Shown here: positions 55,040 through 64,000 of the stretch, one piece after another
How positions within the stretch are numbered: position 1 is the stretch's first letter
Layout: each line of letters opens with the position of its first letter
Source of the DNA: Chamaesiphon sp.
GTDB taxonomy: Bacteria > Cyanobacteriota > Cyanobacteriia > Cyanobacteriales > Chamaesiphonaceae
Direction: 5' to 3'
Assembly (NCBI GenBank): GCA_965246715.1
Contig: CBDFFH010000009.1
Coordinates: forward strand, 32,001 to 96,000
DNA length: 64,000 bases
Made by a program: the position numbers and the translations under genes
Notes under the pieces: generated by a model
Databases searched by the model: none
What the model saw: only the letters and a program-made list of their open reading frames with translations
What the model was told of the DNA's origin: nothing

Positions 55040-56110
55040 CTAACGTCTCAACCCTGGTTGTGCGGCTGGATACCGAGTTTGTTTGGCAGCAGTGTGAAAA
55101 TTCGGGGGTAGGAGCGATCGGATCAAGCTATCTGCCAGTCGTGGTTGCGCGACAATCGGTGCTGGGGCTACGGGAGCCGTACTCATGCCGTTATAGGGAA
55201 TCGCTACTGGAGCGCCTGCTGGCGTTGGGTTGGCGATCGAAGTTGGAGTAGTGCTGGGATTCGCCGTTGCGGTTGGTGGCATTTTTACCGTTGCGATCGT
55301 ACTTAAATTAAGGTCGGTAAATTCAGTAGCCGCTAAATTCGGACTCTGAATCGATTGTCCTAACGAACTACTAGTTGCCACCGGAACGCTCGGTTTGGTA
55401 GCCATCAGTGGAGCCAAGATCGCGGGATTGAGATAAACGTAAGCCGCGCCACCTGCGAGCGCACAAACTGCGGCTAACGAACCGATTTTTACTGGCGTAA
55501 ACAGTTTGCGTTTTTTGGCAGGAACTGGTGCAGGCTGCGGCTGAGGAGCAAAATTATCGGCTGGTGTCGTGTATCCCGATTGGATCTGTCGCAGCAATTC
55601 TTGCGACGAGGCTGAATATTCGCGATCGTATGCGGCGATCTCACCTCTTGGGGAAAAGTTTAAATCCAGGTTCTCATGCGAAGAAGAGATATCTGTTGGC
55701 GAGGACGAGTGCGTAGCTCGCTCGACATGCGTAATCGCGGAGAGATTGTCTTGTGGCGGATAGATCCCATTGATAATCACAAATCCACCCGCCTGTGGTA
55801 GCGCTGGCTGAGGATCGTTTATATTAGTGTTCGAGATCGCCGATCTCACGATTTCTCCTGTGACTATCTCGCTATCGGGATCGTCTCCAGATTGCTGTTC
55901 CCAAGTTGTCGCACTTGCTACCATCGATTGGTGCTCGTCAGTGAGATCTGCCTGTTTGGCTCTAAATCTAGTAAGTTCGTCTTCCAATTTAATATCTAAA
56001 CAACCAAGAGCTTGCTGGAGTGAAAGGTTGAGCCGCTCGGGAATCCGATCTGCTACGGCTTGACTGGATGGGGATGCATTGGCGTTATCGCCTGATGGGT
56101 GGTCGTTCAT
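55040..56110 (-). CDS. conserved cyanobacterial membrane-anchored hypothetical protein
   Basis: ALGCLDIKLEDELTRFR, YSASSQELLR, one TM, PNLAATEFTDLNL. Confidence 0.75.
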   Translation of the reverse strand: MNDHPSGDNANASPSSQAVADRIPERLNLSLQQALGCLDIKLEDELTRFRAKQADLTDEHQSMVASATTWEQQSGDDPDSEIVTGEIVRSAISNTNINDPQPALPQAGGFVIINGIYPPQDNLSAITHVERATHSSSPTDISSSHENLDLNFSPRGEIAAYDREYSASSQELLRQIQSGYTTPADNFAPQPQPAPVPAKKRKLFTPVKIGSLAAVCALAGGAAYVYLNPAILAPLMATKPSVPVATSSSLGQSIQSPNLAATEFTDLNLSTIATVKMPPTATANPSTTPTSIANPTPAGAPVAIPYNGMSTAPVAPAPIVAQPRLADSLIRSLLPPNFHTAAKQTRYPAAQPGLRR

Positions 56111-56402
56111 AACTCACTTTAAAACACAGATATTTCTAGAGATGTCAGTCGAAATAAACTAGATCGATAGCAACTTATGCTCTTAGATTACCCACTATTG
56201 CTGTTGCTGGCGACAATTATTTCGGACGAACCGATCGGTCATCAGCTAGGGTTGGCGATCTATGCTTGGACTGGCAGATAGCGGGAGATTTTCTCAGTTG
56301 CTATTTTCACGAGTCATTGCTGTGTCATTAATATATTCCAAAATTTAGTCGATTCACCAAAAGTCAGAAATTTGACCGAGATGTCACTATTACCTGAGAG
56401 CT

Positions 56403-56873
56403 ATGTCACTAACATCGATTTCTACGATTACTAGCGATCTGCAAAACCAGCCTGGATGGGAAGGCGTTCGCGATTGGGGGCTAATCGTCCGTGCCTGGTT
56501 TACGATCGTCTCGCCGACTATTGCCAGTCACAGTCGCCCAAAATCTCTTGCTAGAGGCATCCTCACGATCGCCACCAATAGTTCTAGCCTAGCTCATCAA
56601 CTCACTTTTGGGCGACAAGCACTCTGCAAACAATTAAATACGCAATTAATTGTACCAGTGACGGATCTGCGCTTCGTGCCCGTCGGTTATCGCAGCCAGC
56701 ATCTACCGACAGCCACCGATCTCGATGGCATCGCGATCGATGCCGGTGAGATTGTTGTTTGTACCCATTGTGATTGCCGCGCCCGCCAGGGGGAATTGCT
56801 CCGGTGGGGAGTATGTCAGTTTTGTGCGATCGATCTGGGAATCGTCGGAGGTAAAAGATCTCCCAAAATGTAG
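56403..56873 (+). CDS. DUF721/DciA-like protein with Zn ribbon
   Basis: W..IV...IASHSRP....GIL.IAT.SS..AH.L; CxxC..CxxC. Confidence 0.8.
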   Translation: MSLTSISTITSDLQNQPGWEGVRDWGLIVRAWFTIVSPTIASHSRPKSLARGILTIATNSSSLAHQLTFGRQALCKQLNTQLIVPVTDLRFVPVGYRSQHLPTATDLDGIAIDAGEIVVCTHCDCRARQGELLRWGVCQFCAIDLGIVGGKRSPKM

Positions 56874-57236
56874 ATATTTTATCATTTTTGCTATTTAGTT
56901 AGATAAAATTGCCGATCGTTTGAAAATTTTTTAGCACATGAATATACGATTACCGCGATCGGTTATTTTTGGTTTTCAGCGATCCCTTCTGGTTTTAGAT
57001 GAATTAGTTCTAGGATCGACCATGAATAAATTTACTCCGTGTATGTACTGAACGCTTCCACAAATGTATCTTTCCATAAACTGAATCTAAAGAGAATATA
57101 AAATTCAAATGTGCTCGGGGATCGCTAAAAAGGAGATGGCATATTCGTTTGCTACTACTTTTGGCCGATCGGGTAACAGCGACAATGGAAGTCAAGAGAG
57201 AATTGAATTTAGTGCTCTCCCAAAAGGGTAACGCCG

Positions 57237-57518
57237 ATGAACGACCGAAATTGTCTGACTACTGCCTGTCGCTACTGTCGCTTTTACCAGCCAGACGGAC
57301 TCCACCGTGGTGCTTGTCAGCAACTTAACGTATCCGTCAATAGTGACTGGAAGGCATGTCAGCTCGCTCTCCCCGCATTTGCCAACACCTGGGAAAATGC
57401 TGAAGAACTCACCCATGCCAATTGGCAAGCAGAATTACCACAAGTAATTCAGAGTACACCACAGTTAAATATTGTCAGCTTGGAACTAAGTAGTAATTCG
57501 CTCAGTGTAAATAATTAA
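57237..57518 (+). CDS. conserved cyanobacterial Cys-rich hypothetical protein
   Basis: CRYCRFYQPDG..G.C.QL.V.V...WKAC. Confidence 0.7.
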   Translation: MNDRNCLTTACRYCRFYQPDGLHRGACQQLNVSVNSDWKACQLALPAFANTWENAEELTHANWQAELPQVIQSTPQLNIVSLELSSNSLSVNN

Positions 57519-57622
57519 TGAGTTTTTAGATATTGGGCTTGCGCTCTGACCTCGATCGGTGAGAAGATCGATGCTCTTAACGATTCTTTTTTCTAGTTAA
57601 GATCGCAAATTGGTACTTGCCA

Positions 57623-57992
<370 letters not shown>

Positions 57993-58052
57993 AACGCTTT
58001 GCGCCCACTTATCACTTTATAGTTCCAACTATCCACATGCCCATCTATCCAT

Positions 58053-58355
58053 CTACCAGCTAGATTTGACTACGCCAGGTAGTAAGCCTTGGTGTGCCCA
58101 TTCACGTAAGACGTTACGGGACAGACCAAAATCGCGGTAGTAACCACGCGGACGACCAGTTACCCAGCAACGGTTGTGCAACCGAGTGGGCGCACTATTG
58201 CGGGGTAATTGCTGGATTTTGCGATGAATTGCGAATCTCGCTTGGGGAGTCGTTGCAGCTCTAAACTCTTCGAGCAGAGCTTCGCGTTTGTCTGCATATT
58301 TTGCGACTAGACGCTCGCGGTTTTTTTCCCGCTGGATCGTACCTTTCTTTGCCAT
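58053..58355 (-). CDS. rpsN: 30S ribosomal protein S14
   Basis: [36 protein letters not shown]. Confidence 0.98.
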   Translation of the reverse strand: MAKKGTIQREKNRERLVAKYADKREALLEEFRAATTPQARFAIHRKIQQLPRNSAPTRLHNRCWVTGRPRGYYRDFGLSRNVLREWAHQGLLPGVVKSSW

Positions 58356-58547
58356 GTGGATAAATTTCTCTAATTACAAAAACCCGAACGCTCTCATGTA
58401 ATTACGCGATCGTCGTGAGACGATGCGATCGCTTCGCCCTAGAGCGTCGCGCCAGCTTCGCTAATGCAGCAAATTACAAGAGTGTCAAACACTCAATTAT
58501 ACACTATGTCAGGTCTATTTACCTAAGATCGATTATAGATATAACCC

Positions 58548-58975
58548 AACGTCAGTTCGGGATAAGGAGCGGTAAGTTGTTGTACTAAGCAGAGTGGCAA
58601 ACGATGTATGCTAGTTGGCCTCGATTTTCCTAGTGGGGGCAGAACCCGGATCTGGGGGTGCCGACCCCCAGACCCCCCGTTGAGAGGCGGAACGCCGCCT
58701 CTCAAACTCTCCTGCGTAAGGTTCGATTTGTGTGAAGCGCAGTGCGGCATTCACTCCACCTGAGATTTTAGTTGGAGATTATTAGACTAAAATCTCAGGT
58801 GGAGCTTTCTTCTCAAGATATTCTTAACCCGAACTGACGTTACCCCAAGTTGATATCTATAAAAATGCCAACGATAGTCCGCGAAGGCAGGCTTTTGCCG
58901 CGAGCGGCAACAACCGGACTTTGCATTACGAGCAGCGGTTTTAACCGCTGGAGTTGTAGGTAGCAACTTGGGTTA
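58548..58975. mobile_element. adjacent/nested MITE-like elements with internal hairpins
   Basis: aacgtcagttcgggataag ... cttaacccgaactgacgtt, followed by cccaagttg ... caacttggg. Confidence 0.7.
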
Positions 58976-58994
58976 GATACACTGTCAGATCGAA

Positions 58995-60062
58995 TTAGGA
59001 AATCGGATCGATAATCCCGCCACCCAACAAGATATCACCGTCATACCAGACCGCAGCCTGACCGGGCGTAATCCCAAATTGAGGCTCATCAAATACCAAT
59101 CTAACTTTGCCTCCAGCTAGCGGGATAACGCTGACGGGTACTGCTTCAGAACGGTATCTTACCTGAACTTCTGCCCTAATCGGGGCGATCGGTTGGACGA
59201 TCGACACCCAATTGACCCGATCGACGGTACACTCAGGACTGTGAGTTTCTGCCCGCGAACCGACGACAACCCGATTTTTAATCGCATCGAGGGCGACGAC
59301 ATATAGCGGTTCTGGTGCCGCTAGTCCGATGCCTCGGCGTTGCCCGATCGTATAATGATGGATGCCCAGATGTTGACCTAGCACTTCACCTTGAGTATCG
59401 ACAATATCGCCTGGACGTTGGTTAATATACCGATCGAGGAAGGTTTTCATCGAGCCATGTTTTTCTACCAAACAGAGATCTTGGCTTTCCGGTTTGTCAG
59501 CAGTAGAGAGATTCAACCCCGCTGCCAGTTCCCGCGTCTGCGTCTTGAGCGTATCGCCGAGTGGGAAGACAGTAGCACCGAGAATATCTTGCTCTAAATC
59601 GTACAGGAAATACGTTTGATCCTTCGATCGATCGATCGCCCGTCGCAATTGATAGCGTTGCAGATTATCGTCGTAGGTAATCCGGGCATAATGTCCCGTA
59701 GCGATATAATCAGCACCCAATTCTTCCTTGGCGTATTTCACCATCGGCCCAAATTTCACCGCTTTATTGCACTGCGAACAGGGCAAGGGTGTAATCCCCG
59801 CTTCATAACCAGTGACGAGATAATCGATAATATATTTCTCAAAGGTATCGCGACTATCGACAATCTGATGGGTAATCCCCAACTGTTCGCAAATCCGCGC
59901 TGCATCGACCATTCCTTCCGAGCAGCACTGACCCTTACCCCGCATCAACCAGAGGGTCAAACCGAGAACATCATAACCTTGCTCGCACAGAATCGCAGCG
60001 GCGACAGAACTGTCTACCCCGCCGGAGAGTCCGACAACGACTTTTTTCATAGTGGACGGCAT
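58995..60062 (-). CDS. mnmA: tRNA 2-thiouridylase
   Basis: SGGVDS, CN..VKFG, ATGHYAR, KDQTYFL, ESQDLC, TPGQAAV. Confidence 0.97.
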   Translation of the reverse strand: MPSTMKKVVVGLSGGVDSSVAAAILCEQGYDVLGLTLWLMRGKGQCCSEGMVDAARICEQLGITHQIVDSRDTFEKYIIDYLVTGYEAGITPLPCSQCNKAVKFGPMVKYAKEELGADYIATGHYARITYDDNLQRYQLRRAIDRSKDQTYFLYDLEQDILGATVFPLGDTLKTQTRELAAGLNLSTADKPESQDLCLVEKHGSMKTFLDRYINQRPGDIVDTQGEVLGQHLGIHHYTIGQRRGIGLAAPEPLYVVALDAIKNRVVVGSRAETHSPECTVDRVNWVSIVQPIAPIRAEVQVRYRSEAVPVSVIPLAGGKVRLVFDEPQFGITPGQAAVWYDGDILLGGGIIDPIS

Positions 60063-60191
60063 AACATTCGCGCCATAATTTGCCCATATCTAAGGTAGCA
60101 TTTCTCGATCTACTTTGGATTGAGAATATATCCTCGAAAGAGTTACGATGGATTTGAAGATCTCCATCCGCACAACTAGAATGGTAAATCT

Positions 60192-61944
60192 ATGATTGCT
60201 GTAAACAACACCCCCAGGTTAAACGCACTTAAATTTGTTATTACTAAAAACTTTGACGATCGAATGAATAAATAGCATCTAGAAATCTTGTAATTACTGC
60301 TAGGTAATAGTTAGAGCTAATTAACTATGTTAGAATTTAACAAATTTAATTTAACTAAAATGAAGCTGAAGCCAAAATATAGTATTATAGAACACTTCGA
60401 GAGTGTAGAAGACTACAGGACAGAGCGCGGGAAAAAGCATAAATTAATTGATATCATCACCATTACCATTTGTGCTGTAGTATCTGGAGCTGATACATGG
60501 ATAGATATAGAAATTTATGGTTTGGCGAAGAAGGAATGGCTAGGTAAATTTTTAGAGTTGCCGCATGGTATTCCATCACATGATACATTTGGAAGGGTAT
60601 TTTCACGAATTAATCCTGAAGAATTTCAAAAAAGTTTCCTGAGTTGGGTTAAAGGAATATCTAAAATAACAGCAGGAGAAATAATTGCACTTGACGGCAA
60701 ACAATCTCGAAATTCAGGAGATAATACTAATGGACAAGGTGTACTAAATACTGTTAGTGCATGGGCTGTAACTAATAGATTAGTATTAGGACAGAAAATG
60801 GTTGAGGGCAAATCTAATGAAATCACAGCACTTCCTGAATTAATTAAAGTTCTAGATTTAGCCGGATGTATAGTTACCATTGATGCAATGGGATGTCAAA
60901 GAGAAATAGTAAAAAAAATTGTTGAAAAAGATGCAGATTATGTAATTGCTGTGAAAAAGAATCAACCAAGTTTATACGACCAAGTAGAAAGGCTATTTAA
61001 ACAGGCTATTGCAACTGGTGGCGCAGGTTTCAATCTGAGTGATTTCAGGACTAAGGAGATTAATGGGGGTAGGGAAGAAATCCGTAATTATTTAATGATA
61101 TCAGATGTTGCCGATCGAATAGATTCATCCCATAACTGGATGAAATTGACTAGTATTGCGATGGTTGAATCAGTAAGAACTATTGGGGATAAAACCACCA
61201 TAGAGACTCGTTATTTTATTAGTAGTTTAGCTAATAATGCCAAGAGAGTCGCCGGAGCAATTAGAGGTCATTGGGGGATAGAAAATTCACTTCATTGGGT
61301 ACTTGATGTTTCTTTAAGAGAAGATTATAGTCGAATTAGGAAAGATAATGCGCCAGCTAATTTTGCAGTATTACGGCACATAGCTATTAACTTAATTAGT
61401 CAAAATAAAAGTCGGAAATTAAGTGTGAAAAGCAAGAGATTTCTAGCAGGTATAGATGACAAATACTTGGCTGAAATTTTAGAAGGTATTTTATAATTTA
61501 CGAACTATTGGTTGAAATCAAATTACTTCTATAATATATCGACGATTTAAGTTATTCCTTCGATCGACTACTTTATATTGCATTAAATTAAATAAATATT
61601 GCCTTATACTATACATCAGTTCTAATTGAATTCGTCGTAAATGTATTTAGTTCATAAATACTGCTTAAGTTGTATGTATTATTGAATTCGATCGCCTCAT
61701 ATCAAGTTTTGATGCGTTTAACCTGACAACACCCCTAACCTAGTTTTGAATTTAGAACCAAAGCTCAAACTTTGGACGGTGGCTGAATACCACCGGATGA
61801 GTGCGTTGGGAATGCTCGATGCTGATGGAAGAACCGAACTAATGGCTGGGGAAATTTTACTAATGGCTGCGAAAGGAACTCCCCACGTTGTTGGATTACA
61901 ATTATTAGCAATTTCTCTGTCCGAACAACTGCAAGATAGTGATT
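60192..61944 (+). pseudogene. Uma2/DUF820 endonuclease-like gene, split by ISAs1 and truncated by the ISKra4-like IS
   Basis: MIAVNNTP|NLVLNLEPKLKLWTVAEYHRM...RTELMAGEILLM...PH. Confidence 0.85.
60215..61725 (+). mobile_element. ISAs1-family IS; transposase ~60360-61496
   Basis: IR caggttaaacgca; 10-bp TSD acaacacccc. Confidence 0.95.
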
Positions 61945-63170
61945 GGGAGCATCCCACTTTTTATTAGTTTTATGTAGATAAAGCGTATGTACTAGTATGG
62001 CGATCGAGAAATCTGGTGAAAATAGCAGCAGAGGGAGCATAATCTTGAGATAATGGGGTCAAGTAAACTAAGGTAGTGTAATGAGTCCAGAAGAGCAAAA
62101 AGAACTCGATCGACACACAAAAGCTATTGCCAAAATATTGTATAAAAATACACCAAAAGAAGAACTAACAAGCTTAGGAAAAATCGAAGAAGCGGTGAGA
62201 GCGAGAATGCAAGAGTATGTGATGCCATCCGTCGGAATTTTTTTATCGAAAATGTCACAGTCGAAACTGGAGGATATAAAAGACAGATCCAAAGCATAAT
62301 TGGAGAATTAGCAATCACAAGCAAACAGGCAGCCAAGCTAAATATCAAAAGTCATACCCAAATCAGTCCGTATTTGGAAGCTTGTTGCTTGCGTATAAGT
62401 GCATCAATTTCTTACGAAAGGACAACAGAGGAAGTCAAATATTTAACTGGAGTGGAGATATCAAAAAGTGCCCAACAGAGGTTAATTCACAGACAAGAAT
62501 TTGAATTGCCTCAAGCTGAGACACCCGTGGCAGAATTGAGTGTAGATGGGGGGAATATTCGAGTGAGAACCCCAAAGGGAGAGGTGTGTAGCTGGAAAGG
62601 ATACAAAGCAACAGTACTACATCAACAGCAAAAAATTGCATCATCATTTCAAGAAAATGAGACGATCGTTAATTGGGTAAATAGTCAAGAATTAGCTCCA
62701 GTTGTTACTTGCTTAGGTGATGGCCATGACGGGGTATGGAATATCATCAAGGAATTTGTACCTATTGGTGAAAGAAGAGAAATTCTCGACTGGTTTCATT
62801 TGATGGAAAATCTCCATAAAATTGGCGGTTCCAACCAAAGATTATTTGCAGCCAGAGAATTACTCTGGTACGGAAAAGTTGATGAGACGATTAAGTTGTT
62901 TGGTGATTGTAATCTCAAGCAAGCTGAAAACTTTTGTGCTTATTTAGAGAAACATCGTCATCGGATAATTAATTATTATTATTTTCAAGCCGAACAAATC
63001 TGCTCTATTGGTTCTGGTTCCATTGAGTCTACAATTAAACAGATCGATCGCCGGACTAAAATTTCTGGAGCGCAGTGGAAATCTGAAAATGTTCCTCAAG
63101 TATTAGCGCATCGCTGCGCCTACCTCAACGGGTTAATTTGCGACCGCTAAATAAAAAGTGGGATGCTCCC
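61945..63170 (+). mobile_element. ISKra4-like IS, copy 3 (no TSD)
   Basis: Same IRs and identical translations to copies 1 and 2. Confidence 0.92.
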
Positions 63171-63423
63171 AACGAAAAGCTTGTCGCGCCAATTCCCCAA
63201 CAGCATAATAACGATCGTCGATTCCTACAACACAGTATTTAGCCGGATCGACTTTAAATGCACTACGATACTTCTCGATCGCATCTGCTGAAACCTCGAT
63301 TACTTCTGGACTCATGGTGAAATAGTGAGGATTTTCAGATTTAGGATGTTCGTTAATTTCTTTGGTAAAAGCTACTTTTAATGACGAACTCCCGTAATCT
63401 ATAACGGCATACAGATATTCCAT
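63171..63423 (-). pseudogene. ParM/StbA-like actin ATPase N-terminus truncated by IS
   Basis: AVIDYGSSSLKV phosphate-1 motif; YAVGELA. Confidence 0.65.
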
Positions 63424-63427
63424 CGGT

Positions 63428-63844
63428 CTAATCCTCTAACTTCATAATTCTCTCGATCGTTACGAATGGTGGCTCATCATCGAATACATCCTCCTCTAAC
63501 TCATCGCGATCGTCAAATCGCTCGGTGTTTGCTCGATTACCCTGCTGTCGATCGATGCTTGGTTGTAGTTGTCCCTCAACGCTAGTAGTCACATTTGCAT
63601 CCACACCCCTTCCTGCATCGAGCGACATGATTCTTACTCTCGATCGGAGAATATCGATCGACCTTTGATATGCTTTCTGAATTTCTAAAGGTGAAGCATT
63701 GATGTGTTCGAGAGCGTAGGGCAAATAGAATGCCTCTAATGCTTGCGTTACTTTGTCTTTCATCCGACTAAGGCTTTTCAAGTATTGGTAGAGTCTCACA
63801 TCTAACTCATTGCTATCGTAAATCGTCCACGACCACTTAGGCAT
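63428..63844 (-). CDS. hypothetical protein upstream of the ParM-like gene (possible partition adaptor)
   Basis: ORF 138 aa, 4 bp from the next gene. Confidence 0.55.
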   Translation of the reverse strand: MPKWSWTIYDSNELDVRLYQYLKSLSRMKDKVTQALEAFYLPYALEHINASPLEIQKAYQRSIDILRSRVRIMSLDAGRGVDANVTTSVEGQLQPSIDRQQGNRANTERFDDRDELEEDVFDDEPPFVTIERIMKLED

Positions 63845-64000
63845 GATATTAATCTCAATTTACTACTGTTTTCGGGTGTCTAATAACCACCTAGTCGTAG
63901 GGTTAGCAGTTAGTTATTAACTGCTTATCAACCGCCTAATAGTTAGTTATTGGGTGACTATACTATCATCGATACTCAAAACAAGAATTTTATCGGGTGG

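Noticed and set aside
58523..58750. 75-aa ORF (also 19520-19789 and 43564-43800)
   Set aside because: Lie within MITE, micro-repeat or tmRNA sequence; likely spurious

Overview
Cyanobacterial DNA: CGATCG/HIP1 is very dense, and psaE, vipp1, CRR7 and a cyanobacterial tmRNA tag are present (Chamaesiphon-like, by inference only). The window has three blocks. (i) 1-~36,990 is a decaying, plasmid/island-like accessory region riddled with IS elements. It carries a frameshifted single-subunit two-barrel (RdRP/YonO-like, DFDGD) RNA polymerase gene next to an iteron-like array, a CAST-type TniQ remnant, and a HYD1-type ADP-ribosyltransferase with a putative immunity gene. It also carries an intact HTH-SBP regulator / heme-oxygenase-like diiron enzyme / polar amino-acid ABC operon, a TIGR04255 three-gene cassette whose putative toxin is split by ISL3, TA modules, an NB-ARC remnant and a shattered Type ISP-like R-M gene. 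(ii) 37,004-60,190 is ordinary core chromosome (SelO, ssrA, MsbA-like ABC, radical SAM, psaE, mutM, hemE, vipp1, rpsN, mnmA) with nested MITEs in intergenic spaces. (iii) 60,190-64,000 is a second IS-bounded junction into plasmid-like DNA (ParM-like remnant). Tiny 22-24 nt elements inserted into CGATCG sites are scattered through the accessory genes and knock some of them out. All family calls are from motif recognition by eye; no database searches were run.
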